A stretch of DNA of 46,470 bases from IMG/VR virus record IMGVR_UViG_3300017917_002605, positions 1 to 46,470 of that record, one strand, 5' to 3'. Shown here one piece after another: positions 35,123 to 44,634 of this stretch; positions within the stretch are counted from its first letter, which is position 1; each line of letters begins with the position of its first letter. Made by a program: the position numbers and the translations under genes. The notes under the pieces were generated by a model. The model saw only the letters and a program-made list of their open reading frames with translations, did no database searches and was not told where the DNA came from. Source of the stretch: a virus. Its lineage: Duplodnaviria > Heunggongvirae > Uroviricota > Caudoviricetes.

Positions 35123-36485
35123 GTTAATTATTTTTGACCTTGATGGTGTGTTGATTGAATCCCGTGAGTTGCATTATCATTCGCTGAATGAAGCACTCGC
35201 TAGAATTGATATGAAGTATGTCATATCACGTGAAGAACACCTTTCATTGTATGATGGTCTGAACACCACAAAGAAATTAGAAATGTTGGCGCAGAAAAAA
35301 GGTCTGCCCAATTCCTACTTCAATCAGATTTGGCAAGACAAACAAACTGCCACATTCAAACTGATTAGACAGATTCCAAAAAACAATAACCTGAGGCAAA
35401 TGTTTGCAAACATTCAATCAAAAGGTTGGAAGATTGCAGTTGCCAGTAACTCCATTCGTGAAACGGTAAAGTTGGCATTATTGTCGATTGGTGTCATGGA
35501 ATATGTTGATTACTATGTCAGTAATGAGGATGTAAAGAGAACCAAACCTTACCCCGAAATGTACTGGCAATGTATGACGGCATTAAATGCACTTCCAAAA
35601 AGTACAATTATCGTGGAAGATAGTCATATTGGACGCCAAGGTGCAACCGATTCTGGCGCACATCTTTTGCCTGTCGAAAACGCAAATGACTTGACTTCAT
35701 ATAAAGTTTTGTGTAAAATACAAGAGATTGAAGAAAAAGAACACCACCATCATATACCATGGAGAGATAATAAATTGAACGTACTTATTCCTATGGCAGG
35801 TGCTGGCTCACGTTTTGCACAAGCCGGTTACACCTTCCCTAAACCCCTGATTGAAGTCAGAGGCAAACCTATGATTCAGGTAGTTGTAGAGAACCTGAAC
35901 ATTCAGGCAAATTATATTTTCTTGGTTCAAAAAGAACACTATGAGAAATACAACCTGAAATATCTACTTAATCTGATTGCACCAAACTGTAAGATTGTAC
36001 AGGTTGATGGTGTGACAGAAGGTGCTGCTTGCACCACATTGTTGGCAAAAGAATTGATTGACAACGACCAACCATTGGTTATGGCAAACTCTGACCAGTT
36101 TATCGAATGGGATTCCAACAATGTCATGTATTCGTTCCAAGCGGATGGTATTGACGGTGGCATTCTAACATTTAAAGCAACACATCCAAAGTGGTCGTAT
36201 GCCAAGTTAGATGAAAACGGTTTCGTCAGTGAAGTTGCAGAAAAGAAACCAATCTCCGATAATGCGACCGTTGGTGTTTATTACTGGAAGAAAGGTTCTG
36301 ATTACGTTAAGTATGCAGAACAAATGATTGAAAAGAACATTCGTGTAAACAACGAATTCTATGTTTGTCCTGTTTTCAACGAAGCGATTGCTGATGGCAA
36401 GAAAATTCGTGTGAAACAAATTGAGAGAATGTGGGGCATTGGTACTCCAGAAGACCTCAACTATTTCTTGGAGAACCACAAATGA
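35112..36485 (+). CDS. HAD phosphatase fused to sugar/polyol-phosphate nucleotidyltransferase
   Basis: N-terminal FDLDGVL, SNS, KPYP, EDS..G; C-terminal IPMAGAGSRF...PKPLI, NSDQ, VAEKKPIS, GTPEDL. Confidence 0.88.
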   Translation: MMHKLIIFDLDGVLIESRELHYHSLNEALARIDMKYVISREEHLSLYDGLNTTKKLEMLAQKKGLPNSYFNQIWQDKQTATFKLIRQIPKNNNLRQMFANIQSKGWKIAVASNSIRETVKLALLSIGVMEYVDYYVSNEDVKRTKPYPEMYWQCMTALNALPKSTIIVEDSHIGRQGATDSGAHLLPVENANDLTSYKVLCKIQEIEEKEHHHHIPWRDNKLNVLIPMAGAGSRFAQAGYTFPKPLIEVRGKPMIQVVVENLNIQANYIFLVQKEHYEKYNLKYLLNLIAPNCKIVQVDGVTEGAACTTLLAKELIDNDQPLVMANSDQFIEWDSNNVMYSFQADGIDGGILTFKATHPKWSYAKLDENGFVSEVAEKKPISDNATVGVYYWKKGSDYVKYAEQMIEKNIRVNNEFYVCPVFNEAIADGKKIRVKQIERMWGIGTPEDLNYFLENHK

Positions 36486-37255
36486 ATAACAATATGACAG
36501 AAGAAAAGATTCAACAATATGCCGCAATGGCCAAGGCATTTATGAATCGACCAATTGGCCATCCTAACAACGTAGTAGGCAACTACGGATGGCATGAAAA
36601 ATATCCTTATGAAAAATACCTTCTTACTAGACCTTCTGATGAAAGTAAAACCGTGGTTCCAACCAATCAGTCTTTACTTGCTGTTGATTTTGGTTGTGGG
36701 CCTGGCCGCATGGTCAATCGTATGTCTAAGCTCTTCAAACGAGTTGATGGCATTGACGTATCCTCCTATGCGTTAGAATGGGCTCGCAAACAATTTCCAG
36801 AAAACAATTTCTATGAAGCCAGTGGTGCAGATTGTGGTGATGTTCCTGCAAACACTTATGATTTTGTTTACAACACTATTTCAATTCAACACATTCCCTG
36901 TCGTACTATTCGACAAAGAATTTATGAAGGACTATATCGTTGCATGAAAAAAGGTGCATCAATCACCTTGCAACTGGCATATAATCCAACATATGTTGCT
37001 GGTGTTTGGTCAAATGATACCGAACATGCATCATATGAATCCGACTTCTTTGATACCGACAAAACTAACGGTCATGCTGATTGTGTAATTAATGAAAAAG
37101 ATTTGCCTTTGCTGCAATCAGATTTTGAAAAAGTAGGTTTCAAAAATGTAGAGATTCGATTAGCTGAAGTTGCTAGTTTATATCCGAACCTAGAAGGTGA
37201 ATATCACGCACCTTATTGGGCTTCTCATTGGTTGTTTATTTACGGAAACAAATAA
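36482..37255 (+). CDS. Class I SAM-dependent methyltransferase
   Basis: VDFGCGPGR, GIDVS, YDFVY...ISIQHI; ATG at 36482 overlaps the previous stop. Confidence 0.85.
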   Translation: MNNNMTEEKIQQYAAMAKAFMNRPIGHPNNVVGNYGWHEKYPYEKYLLTRPSDESKTVVPTNQSLLAVDFGCGPGRMVNRMSKLFKRVDGIDVSSYALEWARKQFPENNFYEASGADCGDVPANTYDFVYNTISIQHIPCRTIRQRIYEGLYRCMKKGASITLQLAYNPTYVAGVWSNDTEHASYESDFFDTDKTNGHADCVINEKDLPLLQSDFEKVGFKNVEIRLAEVASLYPNLEGEYHAPYWASHWLFIYGNK

Positions 37256-37256
37256 C

Positions 37257-38039
37257 ATGCAAGTATGGATTTTGACGTTTAATCGTCCTGTTGTATTGAA
37301 CAGACAGATTAAAACATTTGGTGAACTTGGTTATGATGTTCATATCTTTTCCAATTATCCTGAAGTAGAAATTTACGCAGAGAATAAAGATTACATCAAA
37401 GAAGTATTCTTTAATAACCTATCTGACCCTGAGGCAAATTCTTATTGTGCTAGGTCATGGAACAATATCTTCATCAAATGTTTCAAGACCGAACAAGAGG
37501 CAATCTTTGTACAGGATGATACATGGTGCAGACCAGAGATTGGTAAACTAATCGAGGAAAACAAAGATAAGTTTGACCTGATTTGGGGACCTGCTGGCGA
37601 TACATTCTTCTACATGAAGAAAAGTGTTCTTGCAACCATTGGTTGGTTTGATGAGCGTTATCTTGCTTGTTATTGTGGTGATGCTGACTTCCTGAAACGT
37701 GCATGGCATTTTTATGATAAAGATAGATTGTCTATTGCTGAGACACACGATTGGGGATGGTTTCATAATGATGTAGGAATTCGTAATCATATTTCTTGGG
37801 ATTTACGTTCTAAATGTTTAGATGATAATTATGTAAATCAACATCAAGAAAATGAAGCCAAAATTGGTTCCTCAAACTACATGTTAGTACACTCACAAGG
37901 ACACTTTAAGAATAAATGGGCCACACCAGGTAATGGTATTAACGGTATTGGTCCTATTTGTTTATATGAAGAAGCACCACAGGTTGCAGAAATTGATTGG
38001 TATCCTTGGTTTACTAAAAAATATTTGAGAGGTGAATGA
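37257..38039 (+). CDS. GT2-family glycosyltransferase
   Basis: ILTFNRP, ARSWN, FVQDD, GWFDERY...GDADF. Confidence 0.75.
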   Translation: MQVWILTFNRPVVLNRQIKTFGELGYDVHIFSNYPEVEIYAENKDYIKEVFFNNLSDPEANSYCARSWNNIFIKCFKTEQEAIFVQDDTWCRPEIGKLIEENKDKFDLIWGPAGDTFFYMKKSVLATIGWFDERYLACYCGDADFLKRAWHFYDKDRLSIAETHDWGWFHNDVGIRNHISWDLRSKCLDDNYVNQHQENEAKIGSSNYMLVHSQGHFKNKWATPGNGINGIGPICLYEEAPQVAEIDWYPWFTKKYLRGE

Positions 38040-38500
38040 TGCGTATTATCGCACATAGGGGATTAATCAACGGTGCCGATAAGGCATTTGAGAATAGACC
38101 AGAAACTATCGAACTTGCATTTGATAATGATTTTGATGCAGAGATTGATATCTGGCGTGAAGATGGTGAATGGTTTCTAGGACATGATGAGCCACAATAT
38201 CCAGTAGATTCTGCTTGGATTATGTCGGCAGCACCACGAGCTTGGTTTCATTGTAAGAACTCAGAAGCAATGTTGTGGATGGCCAATCATTCCAAAGGTG
38301 TTAATTTCTTTTGGCACGATAGTGATGACTATACCCTCACCAGTACCGGATATGTGTGGGCATATCCAGGTTCTAAAGTTGAAGGCAATACGATTTTAGT
38401 TTTGCCAGAACGTATTATGAAAATTGAAGAAATTAAAAACATTCACTGTTATGGTGTTTGTACAGACTTTGCTATGCAAGCCAGAGAGGCACTTAAATGA
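38036..38500 (+). CDS. Glycerophosphodiester phosphodiesterase-like protein
   Basis: IIAHRG, EIDIW, GHD, HCKN, GVCTD. Confidence 0.75.
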   Translation: MMRIIAHRGLINGADKAFENRPETIELAFDNDFDAEIDIWREDGEWFLGHDEPQYPVDSAWIMSAAPRAWFHCKNSEAMLWMANHSKGVNFFWHDSDDYTLTSTGYVWAYPGSKVEGNTILVLPERIMKIEEIKNIHCYGVCTDFAMQAREALK

Positions 38501-39459
38501 AAATTTGTTTTGTTGTTCACCGATATGCACCATTTCCTGGTGGTTCTGAATACTATGTCCAACAGATGGCGGAAGAATGTGTTCAGAGACACCATGATGT
38601 AACTGTTATTGCTGGTGAACACAAAGGTGATTTGAATGGTGTTCGTGTAACAAGTGACGCACATTATTTGAATGACCAAGATTTGGTTGTAGTTCACGGC
38701 GGTGATGTTGGCGTACAGAACTTTGTTTTGTCACATGCAAGACATATAAACTCACCTGTCTTGTATATGATTATCAAACCGTCCGATAGTCAAGTATGCG
38801 TTCAGGCATTACATGACTGTGAATTCATTGGTTGTTCCGCACCCGAGGATTGGGACCATGTACGTAAACATGGCGTGGAAAATAAGGCACATAAAGTAAT
38901 TCACGGTATTTCTCCTGTTGATTGTATCGGCAAAAAAGGCAGATTCAAACACCAGTACGGTATTCCTGCCGACAAACGCATGTTTCTATCTTGCGGTGGG
39001 TATTGGCCGAACAAAAAGATGATTGAACTTGCCAAGGCATTTGAGTCCGCAAACCTAGAGGACAGTATCTTAGTCACAACTGGTTACGATAATCGATTCG
39101 GTATCATGCCTCATGCGTCCGAGAAGGTCTTTCCTTTGATGGTCGATGACCCTAAGGATGTCAAGGATGCGATTGCCGATGCCGATTGTTATGTGATGAA
39201 CTCGGATGCCGAAGGTTTTGGTCTGGTAATCCTAGAATCTATGATTAACAAGACACCTTGGATTTCTCGAAATATCGCTGGTGCCAAACTTTTGGCTGAA
39301 CATGGCCAAGTGTACAATACAGAAGATGAATTGGTTGAATTATTGCGTGGTTTCAAAAGAAACGACACCAAAGTTAAAACTGCTTACGAATACGTAATTC
39401 AGAACCACCTAATCAAGAACACGGTCGATGATATTCTAGCTCTAATAAATACTAAATAA
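38497..39459 (+). CDS. GT4-family (GT-B) glycosyltransferase
   Basis: PFPGGSE, PNKKMIELAKAF, SDAEGFGLVILESM. Confidence 0.85.
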   Translation: MKICFVVHRYAPFPGGSEYYVQQMAEECVQRHHDVTVIAGEHKGDLNGVRVTSDAHYLNDQDLVVVHGGDVGVQNFVLSHARHINSPVLYMIIKPSDSQVCVQALHDCEFIGCSAPEDWDHVRKHGVENKAHKVIHGISPVDCIGKKGRFKHQYGIPADKRMFLSCGGYWPNKKMIELAKAFESANLEDSILVTTGYDNRFGIMPHASEKVFPLMVDDPKDVKDAIADADCYVMNSDAEGFGLVILESMINKTPWISRNIAGAKLLAEHGQVYNTEDELVELLRGFKRNDTKVKTAYEYVIQNHLIKNTVDDILALINTK

Positions 39460-39491
39460 CATATAAACTTTAACTGCTGTAGAGGCGGGGT

Positions 39492-41924
39492 ATGAAATTT
39501 AGAGATTTTATTAGAGAAGAAAAGGAAAAGCATGCCGTCCTGGCTTTCGGACGCATGAATCCACCAACAACAGGACATGAGGTCCTGGTCAATAAAGTCA
39601 AAGAGGTAGCAAGACAAAACAACGCATCACACCATGTTGTGCTATCTCACTCACAAGACAAAGCAAAGAATCCTCTAACACCCTCACAAAAGGCATTACA
39701 TGCCAGACGATTCTTTCCTGGTACCAATATCACATTGGCTACCAAAGAACATCCAAACTTTCTAACTCAGGCACAAAAGTTACATCAAAAAGGTGTAACT
39801 CATTTACACATGGTTGCTGGTTCTGACCGTGTTCCTGAGTATGATAAACTGTTAAAGAAATACAACGGCACACATGAAGGTGCCTTGTTTAATTTCAAAT
39901 CAATCAAAGTACATAATGCAGGCGAACGTGACCCTGATGCCGATGACACAAGTGGCATGTCTGCATCAAAAATGCGTGGTCATGCGGCTGCATCCAACTT
40001 TAAAGAATTCAAAAAAGGTATTCCTTCTCACGTACCGGAACATCATGCAAGAGAATTGTATGACCATGTTCGTAGAGGTATGGGTATTCGTGAAAACATG
40101 GATTTCACATTACCAATGGATGAAGAAGTTGCACAACTATTGTATGAAGGTGTGCATGATAAAGGTATCTTTAAGGCAGTATTCTTAGCAGGTGGTCCAG
40201 GTTCTGGCAAAGATTATGTATTGGACAACACACTTGCTGGTCATGGCTTGACAGAAATCAATTCCGACAAGGCACTAGAGTTTTTGATGGACAAACACGG
40301 TCTTGATAAGACCATGCCTCCTTCTGAACAAGAGAAACGTGATTACATTCGTGGTCGTGCAAAGAACATTACTGAATTGCGCCAGCGTTTGGCTCTACTA
40401 GGTCGTAATGGTCTTATCATCAATGGTACTGGTGATGATGTTGAAAAATATAAGAAGATTAAAGAACGACTAGAAGAAATCGGTTACGAAACTTCAATGG
40501 TTTCTGTTGTGACTGATGATGAAGTTTCTCGTCAGCGTAATATTGAACGTGGTCAACGTGGTGGTCGTTCAGTGCCTGAAGAAATTCGTAAAGCAAAATG
40601 GGATGCAGTTACCAAAGCACGTGCTGAAATGGCAAAGATGTTTGGTGATAACTATGTAGAGTTTGACAACTCACAAGATTTACGTACTGCTGACCCTGAA
40701 ACAGTCAAAGCCAAAAAAGATGAAATGCTTGGTATATTCAAGCGTGTTAAATCTTTTGTTGAAACACCACCATCTACCGAAAAGTCTCAGGCCTGGGTTG
40801 CACAAGAACTGAGTAAAAAAGACAATACGCTTGTTTCAGATGAAGATGCTGAAAAACATCCTCATCCAGATAATGAATCTTCTCAGCAAGCTCGCCAATT
40901 AGGTTTGACATATTATGGATTCGGCCGTTGGGGTAAAAACGGAGAGGTCACTCACCATTCCGTACATGGTCAACTGGTTGCAATACAAAAAGAAAAAATT
41001 AAAGATGTGAGTGTGCCTATCGATGGTTCATCACAGAAACCACCAGTTACCGTTAAGAAGGTAACAGCAAAGAACGCTACAATGAAAACAGAAAGCCTCG
41101 ACCATGAGTTTGAAAGTTTCTTAACTGAAGCAGTAACCATTACAGTTAAGGCTGACACAGCTGAAGAAGCTGCAAAAGCAGTCAAACTATTATCTAACGA
41201 ACCTGATGAACAAGAAGAAGTTGAAGAAGAAGTACAAGACGGTTTCTCTGATTTGACCGCCAAACAACTTCTAACTTTGAATCAAACATTCGGCGTTCAA
41301 GCAGAATCAAAAGACAACAAGAAACACATCTTCCCTTCCGAACATCTATTGAAAGATTCAAACGGTAAAGTGCGTGTGTTTATGATGCGCCGTGCTGCAG
41401 CAGCAGAAGCACACCAAAAAGGTGGCCAGGTGCAAAAATCAGGAAATGGTTATGTCGTTAAATTAAAGGAGGATACTCATGTTACAAGCGTTAATCAATC
41501 TGTTCAAGAGAAAACAACCACAAGTGCAGGAAGCACCGTACAAAGTGGAAGTGGAACAACCAGTTCAGGAAGTCTCATTACCGAAAGTAGAGACTCCGGT
41601 TGTGGTTGCGGCTGTGGAGGAGCAGAAGCCAGTTGCCAAGAAAAAGGCACCGGCAAAAAGAAAACCATCGCAGAAGTCAAAGCCAGTTGGTCAAAAGAAA
41701 AAGCAGTAAAAGAATCTATTGACAAAGGCATCGAACCAGGTCTTTCGATGGCAACTTCTGGTGAAAATTTGGTGCGTGGTGCAACAAAGAATAAACCAAA
41801 AGAAAAACCATTAGAAGAAATGCAGGGTGATGAAACCACCGCTTCAATTGGTGACCAAAAAGAAGATGAATTAAAGAAGAAAGGCATTAGTCTTTCATCA
41901 TTTAAAAAGAGAAATTACGTATGA
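39492..41924 (+). CDS. HxGH nucleotidyltransferase + Zeta/Pnk-like P-loop kinase fusion with a long modular tail
   Basis: FGRMNPPTTGH, AGSDR, SASKMR; GGPGSGKD, INSD, RNIERG..GGRSVP; N-terminus MKFRDFIREE; late boxes at 39444-39458. Confidence 0.8.
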   Translation: MKFRDFIREEKEKHAVLAFGRMNPPTTGHEVLVNKVKEVARQNNASHHVVLSHSQDKAKNPLTPSQKALHARRFFPGTNITLATKEHPNFLTQAQKLHQKGVTHLHMVAGSDRVPEYDKLLKKYNGTHEGALFNFKSIKVHNAGERDPDADDTSGMSASKMRGHAAASNFKEFKKGIPSHVPEHHARELYDHVRRGMGIRENMDFTLPMDEEVAQLLYEGVHDKGIFKAVFLAGGPGSGKDYVLDNTLAGHGLTEINSDKALEFLMDKHGLDKTMPPSEQEKRDYIRGRAKNITELRQRLALLGRNGLIINGTGDDVEKYKKIKERLEEIGYETSMVSVVTDDEVSRQRNIERGQRGGRSVPEEIRKAKWDAVTKARAEMAKMFGDNYVEFDNSQDLRTADPETVKAKKDEMLGIFKRVKSFVETPPSTEKSQAWVAQELSKKDNTLVSDEDAEKHPHPDNESSQQARQLGLTYYGFGRWGKNGEVTHHSVHGQLVAIQKEKIKDVSVPIDGSSQKPPVTVKKVTAKNATMKTESLDHEFESFLTEAVTITVKADTAEEAAKAVKLLSNEPDEQEEVEEEVQDGFSDLTAKQLLTLNQTFGVQAESKDNKKHIFPSEHLLKDSNGKVRVFMMRRAAAAEAHQKGGQVQKSGNGYVVKLKEDTHVTSVNQSVQEKTTTSAGSTVQSGSGTTSSGSLITESRDSGCGCGCGGAEASCQEKGTGKKKTIAEVKASWSKEKAVKESIDKGIEPGLSMATSGENLVRGATKNKPKEKPLEEMQGDETTASIGDQKEDELKKKGISLSSFKKRNYV
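41479..41709 (+). CDS. Nested +1-frame small Lys/Pro/Glu-rich protein
   Basis: AAGGAGG SD at 41466-41472, ATG 41479; MLQALINLFKRK...EAPYKVE...KKKAPAKRK. Confidence 0.65.
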   Translation: MLQALINLFKRKQPQVQEAPYKVEVEQPVQEVSLPKVETPVVVAAVEEQKPVAKKKAPAKRKPSQKSKPVGQKKKQ

Positions 41925-42652
41925 AATCATTTAAACAATTTGTAAACGAAGACCTGCGTAAATGGTTCGATAAAGACCATCCTGAAGGTGGTTGGAAAAG
42001 AATTAATAGTAAAGGTGAGGCAATCGGTCCTTGCGCCAGAGAACCTGGTGAGCCAAAACCTAAATGCATGTCTAACGAAAAACGTGCTCAGTTGAGTAAG
42101 AAAGAACGTGCATCAGCAGTCGCAGCAAAACGCAGACACGACCCAAATCCAGAGAGAAAAGGTGAACCCATTAATGTTTCCAATTATGGAAAAGGAAAGA
42201 TTAGTGAAGACCAAGAATATCTTGAAGAAAAGAACGTACCAACAAGTCCTGAAAAATGGGCAAGAGCAAAGGCAATGGCAAAGGCTAAATTCGATGTTTA
42301 TCCTTCTGCTTATGCAAATGGTTGGGCTGCAAAGAAATATAAAGAAATGGGCGGCGGTTGGAAATCTGTATCGGAAGAAGTTGAAAATGTCGAAGAAGAT
42401 TGGCAAAAGGTCAACAAGTCCGATAGAACAGATGGTATGTCACAAAAGGCAGTTGATGCCTATCGCCGTGAAAATCCAGGTTCAAAACTAAAGACCGCTG
42501 TTACAGAAAAGAATCCTACTGGTAAACGTGCATCACGTAGAAAATCATTCTGCGCTCGTATGTCAGGTATGAAACGTGCTCATGCAAGTCCAGAAACTAA
42601 GCGTGACCCAGATTCACCAATTAATAAAGCTCTACGCCGTTGGAGATGCTAA
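41921..42652 (+). CDS. Modular basic polyprotein, probable internal head protein (DUF5872-like and DUF6321-like modules)
   Basis: MKSFKQFVNE start; modules ...YPSAYANGWAAKKYKEMGGGW and ...RRKSFCARM...ALRRWRC separated by EE linkers. Confidence 0.65.
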   Translation: MKSFKQFVNEDLRKWFDKDHPEGGWKRINSKGEAIGPCAREPGEPKPKCMSNEKRAQLSKKERASAVAAKRRHDPNPERKGEPINVSNYGKGKISEDQEYLEEKNVPTSPEKWARAKAMAKAKFDVYPSAYANGWAAKKYKEMGGGWKSVSEEVENVEEDWQKVNKSDRTDGMSQKAVDAYRRENPGSKLKTAVTEKNPTGKRASRRKSFCARMSGMKRAHASPETKRDPDSPINKALRRWRC

Positions 42653-43954
42653 GTGGCACAGTTTAGAACCGATTATATGAAATTGGATTCTGGTCAAGTA
42701 GTGACCAGATATGAAGTGTTTGGTTTAATGGAAACATTAACACCTTCCGGTTCGCTCGTGGATGCGTTTGGTCGTTTACGCACATCAAATCCAAAATCCA
42801 TATTCATGTCACAAAATGTTGGTGCAGAAGATGGCAAGTTTGATACCAAACTAACAGGTAATGCTAATACTGTTTATGTTGCCACAGAAAGTACCGTCTA
42901 TATGAATGTTGGTACAACTTCTGGTGATGAAGTTATTCGTCAATCAAAGGCCAGCATTCCTTATCAGCCAGGCAAGTCATCACAAGCGATGATTTCTTTT
43001 GTGATGGACACACCAAAAGCCAACCTCACACAAAGAGTTGGTTACTTTGATGAAAGTAATGGTGTTTACTTGGAGAGCGATGGTGTAAATTATAATTTTG
43101 TTTTGCGTTCAAACACAACAGGCACCATTGTTGAAACAAGAGTTCCACAAAGTCAATGGAATGTTGATAAGTTTGATGGTTCCGGTTATGCATATCAAGG
43201 CAATACCGATGTAAATAACAACTTACTTGACCTAACAAAGGGTAACATCCTTTGGATGGATTTTGAATGGTTGGGTGTTGGTGATGTACGTTGTGGTTTT
43301 GTTGTTGATGGAATTCCTTATGTTGCTCATATTTTCCATAACGACAATCATAAAACGTCCGTTTATATGACAACTGCTTGTTTGCATATAAGACAAGAGA
43401 TAAGAAATATAGGACCAACAACAAGTAATTCTAAATTAAAGCAAATCTGCTCAGCTGTTATGTCTGAGGGTGATTTTAATGTCCAAGGTAAGATTGAAGG
43501 TTGTGGTAGAGGATTCACGATTGCTGCGGCCGACACACTTGTTAGTGCAGGCACAGATTATCCAATGATTGCTTTCAGATTGAAATCTGGGAGACAAAAC
43601 AATATTGTTATTCCTCATTCTTTTCACGTTTATGTGGATTCAAATGCCACAGTATCATATAGAATTTGGAGAAATGCGACTGTAACTGGTGGCACATGGG
43701 AATCAAGAGATGCTGCAAGTCCTGTTGAATTTAATGTTGGTGTTACTGCAATGGACACAACAAACGCCGAAATTATCCAAGGTGGTTTTGTTACTGGTGG
43801 TCAAACAGTTGCGTTTGGTACTGGACTAGATAACCTTGATTATACATTAAGACACTTTTTAAACAATACTAGCGAAAACTATGTGTTGTCTTTAATACCA
43901 ACGAACAACAACATAAAGGTTTTATCAAAAGCCGACTGGATGCTTATTATCTAA
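42653..43954 (+). CDS. Probable virion structural protein (beta-rich, lectin-like)
   Basis: DAFGRLR, YQPGKS, DFEWLGVG; T/N/G-rich; late region. Confidence 0.6.
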   Translation: MAQFRTDYMKLDSGQVVTRYEVFGLMETLTPSGSLVDAFGRLRTSNPKSIFMSQNVGAEDGKFDTKLTGNANTVYVATESTVYMNVGTTSGDEVIRQSKASIPYQPGKSSQAMISFVMDTPKANLTQRVGYFDESNGVYLESDGVNYNFVLRSNTTGTIVETRVPQSQWNVDKFDGSGYAYQGNTDVNNNLLDLTKGNILWMDFEWLGVGDVRCGFVVDGIPYVAHIFHNDNHKTSVYMTTACLHIRQEIRNIGPTTSNSKLKQICSAVMSEGDFNVQGKIEGCGRGFTIAAADTLVSAGTDYPMIAFRLKSGRQNNIVIPHSFHVYVDSNATVSYRIWRNATVTGGTWESRDAASPVEFNVGVTAMDTTNAEIIQGGFVTGGQTVAFGTGLDNLDYTLRHFLNNTSENYVLSLIPTNNNIKVLSKADWMLII

Positions 43955-43971
43955 TAACTTAGGAGAAAAAC

Positions 43972-44634
43972 ATGGGTAAGATGGAAGAAGAACTAAAGGG
44001 CAATCAACACAAGATTGACAAAAACAAGAACAACAAAATCGATTCACACGATTTTGCCATTCTACGTGGTGAAAAGAAAGCCATGAAACAAGAAGAAGTT
44101 GAACAGATTCAGGAATATGAATCTAAAGATGGTGTTTATCGCCATCAGGCCAAACAAGGTCGTTATGGTGGTTCCGAGAAACCAGTAGATTCTCTTGCTG
44201 GTGTTCGTGGTCCTGCTAAGTCTGACCTAGAAAAGATTGAAGCTGCCAAAAAGAAAAAGAAGTTTTCTGAAATGGTAGAAATTTACAAACAAGAAGGTAT
44301 CAAAGGCTTGTTTGAAGAATTGCGTGTTGTTGAAGAAGAAGCTTCACAAGAAGAATTCAACAAAGAGATAGAAAAACAAAAGAGAAAAGCTTCTGGTACT
44401 GCTACCGAAGCCGAAAAGGCTGATGTTGCTGCACCTGCAACCAAAGGTACAAAAGAAGTAAAAGAAGAAGTTGAGCAGATTGAAGAACGTGAGCTGACCG
44501 ATGCAGAAGCCAAGAAAAAAGAAGAAATCGTTAAAGGCATGAAAAAAGGCATTTCTGGTTTCAAAGAACGTTACGGTGAACGTGCAAAAGAAGTCATGTA
44601 TGCAACCGCTACTGCAAGAGCTAAGGGTGAGTAA
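43972..44634 (+). CDS. Charged modular protein with EF-hand-like loop, probable head-internal protein
   Basis: AGGAG SD; DKNKNNKIDSHD; repeated EEVEQI(Q/E)E. Confidence 0.6.
   Translation: MGKMEEELKGNQHKIDKNKNNKIDSHDFAILRGEKKAMKQEEVEQIQEYESKDGVYRHQAKQGRYGGSEKPVDSLAGVRGPAKSDLEKIEAAKKKKKFSEMVEIYKQEGIKGLFEELRVVEEEASQEEFNKEIEKQKRKASGTATEAEKADVAAPATKGTKEVKEEVEQIEERELTDAEAKKKEEIVKGMKKGISGFKERYGERAKEVMYATATARAKGE

Noticed and set aside
42108-42491. Alternative-frame + strand ORFs (42108-42491; also 8778-9005, 39874-40188)
   Set aside because: Unlike 41479-41709, they lack a convincing SD, look like frame-shifted by-products of biased codons, and leave the main frame protein-like
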